A stretch of 64,000 bases of DNA, from assembly GCF_006345805.1 (NCBI RefSeq), contig NC_043014.1, positions 8,246,001-8,310,000 on the forward strand. Reading direction: 5' to 3'. A program made the translations under genes and the position numbers. This stretch comes from Octopus sinensis. Its lineage: Eukaryota. This document shows positions 36,786 through 49,400 of the stretch, piece after piece. Below the pieces are notes generated by a model. The model worked only from the letters and a program-made list of their open reading frames with translations. It searched no databases and was not told where the DNA came from. Each line of letters starts with the position of its first letter. Position 1 is the first letter of the stretch.

Positions 36786-36948
36786 CGACGGGCTTCTTTC
36801 AGCTTCTGTCTACCAAATTCACTCACAAGGCTTTGGTCAGCCCGAGGCTATAGTAGAAGACAACTTGCCCAAGGTGCCATGCAGTGGGACTGAACCCGGA
36901 ACTGTGAAGTTGGGTAGCAAGCTTCCAACCACACAGCCACTCCTGCAC
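36555..36948 (-). mobile_element. SINE family A
   Basis: Matches family consensus. Confidence 0.88.
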
Positions 36949-37769
36949 CTATGTATAATTATTATGTATACATAACTCTTGGCATCCTTCGTTCTCATAC
37001 ATATTATTGCAAGCTTCTTACAAAACTGATTGAAAGATTACAAAATTGTCCAGGCTCTATCCCTACGATATCATCGTTAATGCTACCTCAAAATCTTACA
37101 TGCATCCTAAACATAGTTCTTTTTGGGACATACATATGTTGAACATGTCTCGAATTCTAATTTGGCATACGTTTCTACTGTATACTAGTAAAAGGCACGT
37201 AAAATCCGTGCCGGTGGCACGTAAAAAGCACTATCTGATCATGGCTGTTTGCCAGCATCGTCTGGCACGTAAAAAGCACCCACTACACTCACAGAGTGGT
37301 TGGTGTTAGGTAGGGCATCCAGCCGTAGAAACATTGCCTGATCAGACTGGGCCTGGTACAGCCTCCTGGCTTCCCAGACGCCAGTTGAACCGTCCAACCC
37401 ATGCTAGAATGGAAAGCAGACGCTAAACGATGATGATAAAGGTGACTAAATGAATAAGTTTTAGTTATAATCAGTAAGTATAATTCATTCCTCATAAGTG
37501 ATTTTTTTTTTTGAGCTAATCCCACCAACTTGTGGTATACCAAAATGGTAGTCATCTTCACCGTTGACAAACAAAAGCAAGGGTTATTCTAATGCATCAT
37601 ATGGAAGATAATAACAATGAGTTTCAGTGTGTATTTGATTTGACTGTCCTTACATCGGAGCAATGACATAGGTGTGGTGATAGTGGTTGTGATTAGGTTC
37701 TTAAAAGTGATGGTGTTGATGTAAAAATAGTGGATGAGATGTAGTAGTAATGATAAGGAGAGTATAATT

Positions 37770-38192
37770 CATGATGGTGAGCTGGCAGAAATGTTAGCGC
37801 ACCGGGCGAAATGCTTAGTGGTATTTCGTCTGCCGTTACGTTCTGAGTTCAAATTCCACCGAGGTCGACTTTGCCTTTCATCCTTCCAGGGGTCGATAAA
37901 TAAAGTACCAGTTTCGCACTGGGCTCGATGTAATTGACTTAATCCCTTTGTCTGTCCTTGTTTGTTCTCTCTGTGTTTAGCCCCTTGTGGGTAGTAAAGA
38001 AATAGGCATTTCGTCTGCCATTACGTTCTGAGTTCAAATTCCACCAAGGTCGACTTTGCCTTTCATCTTTTCGGGGGGCCGATAAATAAAGTACCAGTTT
38101 CGCACTGGGGTCGATGTAATCAACTTAATCCCTTTGTCTGTCCTTGTTTTGTCCCCTCTATGTTTAGACCCTTGTGGGTAATAAAGAAATAG
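37770..38192 (+). mobile_element. SINE family B dimer
   Basis: Second unit restarts at aaataggcatttcgtctgcc (about 38000); period about 185 bp. Confidence 0.85.
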
Positions 38193-38208
38193 GTAAGGGT
38201 AGTGGTGA

Positions 38209-38246
<38 letters not shown>

Positions 38247-38611
38247 GCACATTCATAAAAGTAAATATATAACCATATATGCTTATGAACTTGTTCATAC
38301 ATGCAGTGCCTGATATCAGTCCAGATTAACTTCTCTGTCTGTCTGTCTGTCTTCCCATTCGTTCATCCATCCACACAATCATTCAATTGATCAATTGATC
38401 AATCAGTGTAACCAAATATCTGTATGACTGAATATCTGTGTCTTTCTGTCTAATCATTCTGCTTGTCTCACTGTCTACCTAGCAATCTCTGTCGAACTAC
38501 TTATCCTCCCATCCATCCATCTATCTGTCTGCCACTTGCTTGCCTCACTTAGAAGTCAGTGATACAAGCAATTATTTATTGTGTCACTGGACTTGGAGTT
38601 GGTAAAAATAT

Positions 38612-39000
38612 GCTTGGAGTGGCTGTGTGGTAAGTAGCTTGCTTACCAACCACATGGTTCCGGGTTCAGTCCTACTGCGTGGCATCTTGGGCAAGTGTCT
38701 TCTACCATAGCCTCGGGCCGACCAAAGCCTTGTGAGTGGATTTGGTAGACGGAAACTGAAAGAAGCCCGTCGTATATATGTATATATATGTGTGTGTCTG
38801 TGTTTGTCCGACCAACACCGCTTGACAACCGATGCTGGTGTGTTTACGTCCCCATAACTTAGCAGTTCGGTAAAAGTGACCAATAGAATAAGTACTAGGC
38901 TTACAAAGAATAAGTCCTGGGGTCGATTTGATCGACTAAAGGCGGTGCTCCAGCATGGCCGCAGTCAAATGACTGAAACAAGTAAAAGAGTAAGAGAGAG
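38612..39000 (+). mobile_element. SINE family A
   Basis: Matches family consensus. Confidence 0.9.
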
Positions 39001-39214
39001 AGAGAGAGTATCTCAAAATAAATATGGTAAGGAAAGGGTTAATCTATGAACAGATAGAGGAGTCGGAATTGAAAATTCTGTATACCAACTCCACAGAATT
39101 GTGGTTCGTCATAGCAACAGAAACTGATGTGAAAGTTTAGATGTATTCTTGTTTCACGGGTTGCCAAGACAAGCTGTGAGTACGTATATCTTATTCAATT
39201 AATCTTAATTCTTT

Positions 39215-39428
39215 ATTGCTCACAAGGGGCTAAACATAGATGGGACAAACAAGGACAGACAAACGGATTAAGTCGATTATATCGAGCCCAGTGCGTAACT
39301 GGTACTTAATTTATCGACCCCGAAAGGATGAAAGGCAAAGTCGACCTCGGCGGAATTTGAACTCAGAACGTAACGGTAGACGAAATACCGCTTAGCATTT
39401 CACCCGGAGTGCTAACGTTTCTGCCATC
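39215..39428 (-). mobile_element. SINE family B
   Basis: Matches family consensus. Confidence 0.85.
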
Positions 39429-39829
39429 AATTATTCTGTCCATAAGCCTGTCTGTTTGTCCATCTGTCCACTTAGTCAAACTCTTAGGGTGTCAAAAACG
39501 AAACTATCAGTCAGTCTGTCAAGCCCTCTGTCTGTTCATTTATCTATTGCCTGTTGAATAGATTGTTCTGCTTGATAGACAGGTGAATAGGCTTAGTTAT
39601 ACAGCTGGAGAGATGTGATGACAGATGGGTAGTTCAGAGCTCACAGCTTCTCTTGGTCACCTGCATAGCTATCAATGTACGCCTAACTTTTCATAAAGTT
39701 CTGTAGTGACAGACAGGCCGATGGACAGATTTATTTCAGTGAAATAGTAATTTTATCAATTTTTATCAAATTGCTAAGTTACTGGACTGGACTCAGGTAT
39801 GGAAACACATGTTTTTGTATGTATGGCCA

Positions 39830-40250
39830 TAGGTGCAGGAGTGGCTGTGTGGTAAGTAGCTTGCTAACCAACCACATGGTTCCGGGTTCAGTCCCACTGC
39901 ATGGCATCTTGGGCAAGTGTCTTCTGCTACAGCCCCGGGCCGACCAATGCCTTGTGAGTGGATTTGGTAGACGGAAACTGAAAGAAGCCTGTCGTATATA
40001 TGTACATATATATATATATGTATGTGTGTGTATATGTTTGTGCGTCTGTGTTTGTCCCCCGTAGCATTGCTTGACAACCGATGCTGGTGTGTTTATGTCC
40101 CCGTCACTTAGCAGTTCGGCAAAAGAGACACCGATAGAATAAGTACTGGGCTTACAAAGAATAAGTCCCGGGGTCAAGTTGCTCGACTAAAGGCGGTGCT
40201 CCAGCATGGCCGCAGTCAAATGACTGAAACAAGTATAAAAGAGAAAAAGA
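39830..40250 (+). mobile_element. SINE family A
   Basis: Matches family consensus. Confidence 0.9.
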
Positions 40251-40379
40251 GTTAAGTGTACAAAGCTGCAATCCAATGAGGGAGTCTCTAAATTAGATGT
40301 AAAGATGGCCTATACATGTTTGAAAGTGCCAGTCCTTGTACAACATATTTTATACTGTGATGGCTAGATAGTTCCCAGT

Positions 40380-40640
40380 TCCAATAAGCTTTGGCTTGTG
40401 TGGATTTTGTAGAGTACTGCTGTGGTAACCTGTGTCACTTAGCTCCATCAACTGTGATGTGTATGGATGAGGAGAGCTGCATAAATAAGTGCTGATCTCT
40501 AACTGTGGAGGGAACCTGTGGAAGTGGTAGACCCAGGAAGACGTGCGATGAGGTGATGAAATAGGATTTTAAGATGTTGAGTCTCACAGAAGCGATAACA
40601 AGTGACCGAGACTTTTGGTGATTTGCTGTACTTCAGAAGT
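40380..40640 (+). mobile_element. Degenerate RTE 3' relic
   Basis: ggtagacccaggaagacgtgcgatgaggtg resembles 9155-9190; a similar minus-strand relic lies at about 34870-35060. Confidence 0.55.
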
Positions 40641-40653
40641 CAAATCAAGCTTA

Positions 40654-40835
40654 GTGAAATGGTAGTTATGACCAGTACTGGTGATACATAAAAGGCACCG
40701 ACTACACTCTGTGGAGTGGTCAGCATTAGGAAGGGTATCCAGCTGTGAAATGGTAGTTATGGCCAGTGCTGGTGATACATAAAAGGCACCGACTACACTC
40801 TGTGGAGTGGTCAGCATTAGGAAGGGTACCCAGCT
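40654..40835 (+). repeat. 91-bp tandem duplication within a family C element
   Basis: gtgaaatggtagttatg starts at 40654 and 40745. Confidence 0.85.
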
Positions 40836-41293
40836 GTAGAAACCCAGGCAAAACAGACCGGAGCCTGGTGCAGCACTCTGGCTCACTAGTGCTAGCATGG
40901 AAAATGGACACTAAATGATGATGATGGCTTGCATGGGTCAGACAGGATTTGTTGAGGCAGATTTTCTATGACCAGATGCACTTCCTGTTGCCAACACTTA
41001 CATGTTTCCAAGCAAGGTTTGACTTCCCTCATGTTCAGACCTGTTTTTCATAGTTGACTGGAAATAAACAACATAACATATGTGACATTGATAATTTAAA
41101 ACTGTCGCACAATGTCAAGACAAAGGCATACACAAAGACTCACACTCATACACATGCAAACAGCTGGCTTCTTTCAGTTTCCATCTACCCGATCGACTCA
41201 CAAGGCTTTTGGTTGGCCTGGGCCTATAATAGAAGATGCCCAAAATGATCCCAAGACAACATGGTTGGGAAGCAAGTTTCTTAACCACACAGC

Positions 41294-41551
41294 CACACCT
41301 ATGTCTAGGTCACACCTGTGTCTATGTCACACCTGTGACTAGGTTACACCTGTGTCTATGTCACACCTGTCTAGGTCACACTTGTGTCTAGGTCACACCT
41401 GTGTCTATGTCACACCTGTCTAGGTCACACCTGTGTCTAGGTCACACCTGTGTCTAGGTCACACCTGTGTGTAGGTCACACCTCTGTCTAGGTCACACCT
41501 CTGTCTAGGTCACACCTCTGTCTAGGTCACACCTCTGTCTAGGTCACACCT
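41294..41551. repeat. 17-bp minisatellite gtctaggtcacacct(g/c)t, about 15 units
   Basis: Direct reading of 41301-41551, with occasional 15-bp units. Confidence 0.95.
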
Positions 41552-42641
41552 GCACCTATGTATGTACATACATAAAGACCCCCTTTCAGTCATGAATGAC
41601 GATGAATATTCCCCTCCGAGGTACAAATCTGAGCAAGGTTGTTTGAGGAAGACCGGCAGTCACTCATGCATATCAGTGTCCCTTTTTCATGCCAGCAATG
41701 TTACCCAAGGGAAAGGCAAAGGGGCTGATATAACTTGGCACCAGTGACGTCGCAAATCTTTTCTACAGCTGAGTGAACTGGAGCAATGTGAAATAAAGTG
41801 TCTTGCTCAAGAACACAACACACCGCCTGGTCCAGGAATCAAACTCACTACCTCATGACTGTGAGCCCGGCACTCTGCACACTCATGTGCAAATATGTTT
41901 AAGTGATTAAGTTGTTTGCTTCACAAACGTGAGGTCTTTGGTTCAATCCCACTGAAGGGTACCTTGGGAGTCTTTTTATAAACTCTGTAGTGCATTGCTG
42001 TACTCACAAAGACACCCACCACATGAGAATTGGTATCTTAAAACTAAGGTACCACATAATGAAGCATTGGTGTGGGTGCTGGTACCATTGTAAATATCAC
42101 TGGTAATGGTGCCAGGAAAGTGGTTGGCATTAGAAAGGGCACCCAGGTGTAAAAACCAAGCCAAAACTGACCATGGAACTTGGTGCAGCTTCTGGCCTGC
42201 TGATTTGCTCATCTGGAAGCCCACTATGTCACACTGGTTCTGTCCAAGAATTACGACATCAAAGATAAAAGTGTCTGTGGAATACTCAGCCACATACACA
42301 GAAATCACTGAGTTAGTAGTTCAGTTTATGAAACAACTGAAATAGTCATCATTGAACTTAATAGAAGATTTAAGGTAGTAGGGTGTAATTTGAGAGAGAT
42401 TTGGCTACTGTTTCTAGCAAATCGAATGACCATGTAGTAGTTCCATCATTGACTCTTTGCTTTTCAAATGTCGGGCTGTTATATAACTTGATACTTAGTC
42501 GTTGTTAATTAGGTTCTCTCAACTCTGCTTGAGCTGACCATTGGCTCAAATATAACCAATGAAATACTTAGCATAGGAACCGCAATTCTTATAACCTCCC
42601 CCCTCCCCCATCCCCACTACACTCTGTATTTCAGTCTTTGC

Positions 42642-43357
42642 TGAGTGGCTGTGTGGTAAGTAGCTTGCTAACCAACCACATGTTTCTGGGTTCAGTCCCA
42701 CTGCGTGGCATCTTGGGCAAGTGTCTTCTGCTATAGCCTCGGGCCGACCAAAGCCTTGTCAGTGGATTTGGTAGACGGAAACTGAAAGAAGCCTGTCGTA
42801 TATATGTATATATATATATCATCATCATCATCGTTTAACATCCGCTTTCCATGCTAGCATGGGTTGAACGGTTCAACTGGGGTCTGGGAAGCCCGAAGGC
42901 TGCACCAGGCTAGTCAGATCTGGCAGTGTTTCTACAGCTGAATGCCCTTCCTAATGCCAACCACTCCATGAGTGTAGTGGGAGCTTTTTATGTGCCACTG
43001 ACACAGGTGCCAGACGAGGCTAGCGAACGGCCACGCTCGGATGGTGTTTTTTTTGTGCCACTGACACAAGTGCCAGACAAGGCTGGCGAACGGCCATGCT
43101 CGGATGTTGGTTTTTACGTGCCACCGGCACGGAGGCCACATGTTTGTGTGTCTGTGTTTGTCCCCCTAGCATTGCTTGACAACCGATGCTGGTGTGTTTA
43201 CGTCCCCGTCATTTGGCCATTCGGCAAAAGAGACCAATAGAATAAGTACTGGGCTTACAAAGAATAAGTCCCAGGGGGGTTGATTTGCTCGACTAAAGGC
43301 GGTGCTCCAGCATGGCCGCAGTCAAATGACTGAAACGAGTAAAAGAGTAAAGAGAGT
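42642..43357 (+). mobile_element. SINE family A interrupted by a minus-strand family C element (about 42820-43140)
   Basis: Family A sequence stops in its internal microsatellite and resumes at tgtttgtgtgtctgtgtttgtcccc. Confidence 0.85.
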
Positions 43358-43954
43358 TACTCAGTAGTCTGTTCTGCTGTAGCTGTTCCAGTCGAGTGGA
43401 GCATGCCATTGAGTATATATATGAACATTTATGATTGAGGTGCAGGAGAAACAGGTGTTCTGAAACTTGAGTCAGTGCACAAAAGTTTCAAAGGCTTTTG
43501 TTATTGTTCATGGTTACTATTGTTTGTTTGTTTTGTATTTTTGCTGTTTTCCACCCTTGTTTCATAGTTTCGTAAATGGTTTTTGCTCTGGGGGGGAAGG
43601 GAAGGTTTTTTTTTTTTTTTTTTTTTTTTGCAGCTGGTTGCCTTTCTTGCTGATGAATCAATCAAACAAGTTAAATCTTTATGTTTAGGCAAACAAATGA
43701 AATGGAGCAAGGAGAATTATGACACCTTGTTTAACTCTTTTCATGCCAATCGATCTAAGATCCTCCCTTCTGGTTCTATGATTCACAACTCTCCATTCAT
43801 AGTAAAATTTAAACCATAATAGAAAGCGTTAGAACCTTTTGTTAAAAAAATATTCTGAAAACCAGCTCAATAATGAATAAATTAGTCATTTTGTGAACTA
43901 TTTGTTGTATTTCATCATTTTAGAATCTTTTTTTCTTCTGTTTTTTAACAGGCA

Positions 43955-44292
43955 TACCTTAAATCATTACTGTGTGGTTAAGATGCTTGCTATGCAACCA
44001 AATAACTTCAGGTTCAGTTCCACTGCATGTCACTTTGAGCAGGTGTCTTCTACAAGAGCCCCAAGCTAACCAATGCCTTGTGAGTGAATTTGACAGATGG
44101 AAATTGTAAGGGAACCCGTCCTCTGTGTGTGTGTGTGTTTGTCTTTATATCTCCATAACTTAGCAGTTCAGCAAAAGAGACCAATTGAATAAGTACCAGA
44201 CTTAACAAAATCAATATTGGGGTCAATCTGTTTAGCTAAATCCTTCAACAGGATGCCACAGCATGGCCATGGTCCAATGACTGAAACAAGAT
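43955..44292 (+). mobile_element. Diverged SINE family A
   Basis: Recognisable head, core and tail with many substitutions; other partial copies near 17600, 27925, 33930, 35310, 41161, 58690 and 61030. Confidence 0.7.
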
Positions 44293-44295
44293 AAA

Positions 44296-44334
<39 letters not shown>

Positions 44335-44859
44335 ATGCATGTGGTTTTTACTGGCTTTGGTCATTGGGCTGTGGCCATGCTGGAGCACTGCTAAATGGGT
44401 TTTAGTTGATTATATTGACTCCCTGTACTTTGTCCTTATTGATCCCTTAAGGAGCAAATTTTAAGTGTTAAGTGTAAAGAGAAATATAACTAGATGCCAC
44501 TGGTTTTTGTTGTTTGATGCAATTTTGTTTGCCTTACTCTCTCTCTCTCTCTCTCTCTCTCTGAGTTTCACTCACGAAGCTGGTCAGCCCAAATTTATGG
44601 TAGAGGATTCTTACACAAGATGCCATATAGTGAGGTCAATATTCCAACTCCCCCAAATCACAAGGTTGTTAAGAAGTGAAGCTCTTTTACTTCAACCAGT
44701 ACTGACACGCTAGTCATTAGACAAGTTAACAGAGAAGCTCCTATATAATTGCTTGGCCTGCTAGTAATAGTAGCTAAATTTACCTTAAATCATACACTAC
44801 TGGCTTTAGAAAAGTGATGATATATACATTGATATGATCACTGATCACTTTGACCGACC

Positions 44860-45070
44860 AGTCCGTCAGGCGTCCATTTGACACCGCTGGTCACAGCACG
44901 CTGTCCACTCCTCTCTGGATCGCGCCTTTCTCATCCACGTGATCCCAATCGTCACTCCACTGTCGTGGAGGTCTTCCGGGTGGTCTTTTCCGCTCTCACG
45001 TGGGTACCACTCGACAACTGCGTGCGTCCACCGATTATCAGTGAGCCGGGCGACGTGTCCAGCCCATCTA
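44860..45070 (-). mobile_element. RTE-like LINE 3' fragment
   Basis: RWAGHVARLTDNRWTHAVVEWYPR...ARSREEW on minus. Confidence 0.75.
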
Positions 45071-45444
45071 TACATTGATATGATATAAACGACAAATTGG
45101 CAATCCCTAGATTATAAAATAAAATACTTTGTGATCTTAGTTCTGACTCTCTGAGCTACGAGTTCAAATCCTGCCAAAGACAACTTTGCTTTCCATCCTT
45201 TCAGGGTCGATAAAATAAACATACTAGTGAAGGGTGTTTGACTGTTGGTGTTGTTGGTTCCCTGTGGTATTTATTCCATCTTTTGGAGTCTGAGTTGGGT
45301 GATAGATACGTCACCATCACCTTGTGCTTGAGTGCCTTTAGAAGAGTTCTCCTTGTTGCCTGTATTGTGGTTGCATAAAAAACAATTTCACTTTCAAACC
45401 GGAATCAGCAGTACACAAGGTAACAAGGATGAAGTTTTAAATTA

Positions 45445-45820
45445 CAGGTGCCGGTGGCACATAAAAAGCACCCACTACACTCGCAGAGTGGTTGGCGTTA
45501 GGAAGGGCATCCAGCTGTAGAAACACTACCAGATCAGACTGGAGCCTGGTGCAGCCTCCTGGCTTCCCAGACCCCAGTTGAACCGTCCAACCCATGCTAG
45601 CATGGAAAGCGGACGCTATTTAACATAGGCCTGAATAATTCATCATCATCATCATCATCATCGTCGTTTAACGTCCGTTTTCCGTGCTAGCACGGGTTGG
45701 ACGGTTCGACCGGGGTCTGGGAAGCCAGGAGGCTGCACCGGGCTCCAGTCTGATCTGGCAGTGTTTCTACAGACCAGACTGGAGCCTGGTGCAGCCTCCT
45801 GGCTTCCCAGACCCCGGTCA
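45445..45820. mobile_element. Two family C elements tail-to-tail plus a fold-back segment
   Basis: Plus copy 45445-45618, minus copy 45640-45772, inverted duplication 45773-45819. Confidence 0.85.
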
Positions 45821-46110
45821 ATTCCTGAACATTTAATATTTTAAATGCAAATTGACGTGGGGTGGACTGGGCAGAATATTTTCATAATTTGAAGTCTTTC
45901 GTGTGAAACTGCTCTGCTGTGATGATGTGAGATCCTTATTCTCCTATTGAAGGTGAATGAATATTATGCCATGTGAGGAAGATAGCATTTGAACTTTTTA
46001 TATTTACATTAATTAATTAATTAATTAATACAGTTAGATATTGTATCCTGATTTCTTTACTGTTTACTAATTCACTGAGTATCATTTTTTTCATATGCAA
46101 TAACAAAAGC

Positions 46111-46125
46111 TTTTCTTTCTTTCAG
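46111..46125 (+). other. Candidate splice acceptor of the zinc-finger coding exon
   Basis: ttttctttctttcAG (AG 46124-25), 276 nt upstream of the ATG. Confidence 0.5.
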
Positions 46126-46190
46126 CATCTCCATAGATCAACTCACACCAATTCATGACAGAAGCAAGTTTCTGTGACGTATATATTGAA

Positions 46191-46284
46191 GACCCTGGTA
46201 ACATTTGGTACCTTCTACATAAGTTATCTCCATGGTAACCGATATTCACTTATATCATTTCTCTTCAACTGTTGCCATGGTACC
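46191..46284. promoter_or_regulatory. Cluster of RFX X-box-like motifs
   Basis: GACCCTGGTAAC (46191), ATCTCCATGGTAAC (46226) and GTTGCCATGGTACC (46271), compared with the X-box GTTGCCATGG(C/T)AAC. Confidence 0.35.
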
Positions 46285-46401
46285 TAATACAGGGATTTGT
46301 AAGTGGCTCATATTTTTCATCAGCTACTCTATTACTTCTCAAGAAAGAGAAGCTTTGTTGTGATCTTGAACCAGGTTAACTAGATTGCTTCCGATCACAT
46401 C

Positions 46402-49400
46402 ATGGATAGTACGGACCAGAATGCATCAGTCGAATGGCCACCTATATTGAACTTTGTAAACAATACTGCAGGTACAAAGGAACTCCCTTTTCTTGCAAAT
46501 GGGAACTCAAGCATGTCTGCAATTACAGACATTACAGCTTCAAAGAAATATACCTGTAACTATTGTTCAAAATCATTCTCTCGCAACGGCCACTTGGTGA
46601 TGCACCGTCGTATTCACACAGGTGAACGCCCTTACGTTTGCCAACAGTGTCACAAAGCCTTCACTCAGTCCAGTGCTCTCTATCGCCATATGAAAATCTG
46701 TACTAAAGTGCCAAACAAAGATAGCCTGGAGTTATCAGCTAACGTGAAAATGCTAGAGACTTCTATTGCGGCAGCAGAAAAGCAGTATGCAATGCTATCT
46801 GCTTCAGAAAGTGCGTTTACATCACTCGGAACACTTTCAAATGATAATACTGAAACAAATGATGACATAATGTTTGTTTGTTGTAATAAAACATTTAGAG
46901 ATTCTTCTGATTACAATGAGCACATAGCTGGTCACAATGACCCGTCTCAATCTGAATTATTGAGCCTGTTACCAAACAACCACAGCCAAGTCGATGGTAT
47001 GATGAAGGACGTTACTACTATCAATAAAATAGGAAAGAAACAAAACCAGTTCCATAATAAGACAAACACATCTATAAATGGTAAAAAGCAGTCGTCAACC
47101 AAAGAAAATTTGAATATGTTGTCAAGTTCTGAGTCGCAGTATCAAATAATTGTTCGTGATAATCCGCCGGAGGTGACAAAAGATGGTCTTGACCAAAACA
47201 AGATCACCATCAATCTAACTGATAACCATATGGAATCTCCAAAGAACAACTTATGCTTTTCTCAAGCAAATAACCAACATGATCCCATATTTGATCCAAT
47301 AACAATTGAACTAACTGACCAATCTCAAGATAGCACGTATGTCTGGGATAAAAATAATATGTCACCTGGTAACAGTTCTAATAAACAGTTAAAAATCGAC
47401 CATTCTCAGTTATCAGACATTGATAGTTTGGCTGAAAATCTCAGACTGTTGCGGGAGAAAACCGATGCAATTACCAAAAAAACATTACCAAAAGACTGCT
47501 CTAGCGATACATCCATTGGTATTTTTACTTCACAAGATTCTCTGTCTTCAGATCAGTTGCTTGCTTGTAACGGGGACAAATCTTGGAAGGACTCATCTAA
47601 TTCTTTCTCAACTCAAATTCTGCCAAATAATGATTTGACAAGTAGTAAACATTTCAACCAATTATCTCATCAAAGTGACAATGAAAAAATTGCCGAAAAT
47701 GCTAACAAAGTTCAAAAAAATATAAATTCCAAGTTAAAATCTTCTGTGAAAAGCAAAATTCACCAACACTTAACTTGCCAGTTCTGCTCCCGCCAATTCA
47801 CACGTACTAGCCGTTTGACCCAGCATTTGCGTACGCATACAGGAGAAAGACCCTTTAAATGTGATTTTTGTGGTAATTCATTTACACAATCAAGTGCACT
47901 TAATCGCCATCTAAAGACATGCAGTGTTGCCCAAAGCATTAATTCGAATATTCAGTGGGACACCACTGCACAATATCACCTTACCTCTGACTTAACCCTT
48001 GGCAGTGACATTTCTTTCACGTGTCAGTTCTGTGGTGACAATTTTCAACAAGTGTCTAAATATGACAGCCACTCAAAAGTGTGTCCAGCAGCACATAAAA
48101 GTCAATTAAAGCCTAATGAAGATGTTGTGCATGATGACTTTGATATAGTTAATGATCACACTGATTCAACCAAGAACAGCTTTGTAAAAACTCCATCCCC
48201 CCTACTAAAAAATGCTTCAACTTCCATGATTAAAAGTAAGACACAAAGTTTCAAAGCTTCTATACCTGAGTCTAGACAAGTAAAACGTAGGAAAAAAAGT
48301 TTTAATACAAAAAATGATAGAACCTATCAGTGTAGCATTTGTTTAGTTGAGTTTGTATCATATCCTCACCTTAAAGTCCATATAAAGAAACACCTTCGGG
48401 TTAATACTTTATCAAAGACTTCTCAGTTGCAGAGTCGGAATTCTTCAACCAGTAATTTAATGCGATCTTTTTCAGCAAGAAACAAACACATCACAAGATC
48501 TAAAACTTCAACTAAAAAATCCCCTAGTAAGTCTTTAAATCATAGAGAGTTCTTAAACAAAGTTAATTCGCTGATAATGAAAAAGAACTCTTCACATTCA
48601 ACCAGTAACTCTGAGTTTCAAACTGAGCATCCATTGACCAACTCTAACACTTGCAAATCAAATATTTCTCTGTTACCTGATAAAACTAGCAAGATATCAG
48701 AATCCCTTGACACCAAAGGAAAACCTACTGTTGCAATGGTTAACAAAGGAAATGTTTTTAACACACGCAGTGGTGTTGAAACCAAATCCAATTCGTCAAC
48801 TACTTTTGTTTGTGATATTTGTTCCAAGCCTTTCCATTCCTCCATTGTGTATCAGATTCACAAAGCTTCACATTCCAGTGAGTCTAAAAAAACCTCCCAT
48901 TCTCAAATAGACTCCAATGCCAACAAATCCATTCATAATGAAGACGTCAACATTTTAGAGCAAAGAGATCTTGTTAGTTCTAATTCGCGTGTTGCTGTGG
49001 AGACTGTAAATGAATTTGACATTCAGCGCAAAAGTTTCCCTTGCAGTTATTGCCCCAAGGAATTCTTCAAACAATCTCATCTGGAAACACACATCCGAGT
49101 ACACACAGGGGAGAAACCGTTCCAGTGTGAGAGTTGTGGTCGTGCCTTTTCACAGTCAAGTGCTCGAAACAGACACACCAAAACTTGCTTACGAGTCAGA
49201 TACCCAGAGTTAAATGTCTCCATTAAAACCACTGGAAATGCCGTTAGTGGAATGGAGCGTTCTGAAGTAATTAACTTGGACAGTAAAATCAGAGAGGACA
49301 GTCTTGATCCTGACAATTTCACTTTTACCTGCTGTGGCCAAGTCTTCAGTAGCAGCAAAGAGCTGCGGAATCATGTTGAGTGCCACAGAAAAGGCAAAGA

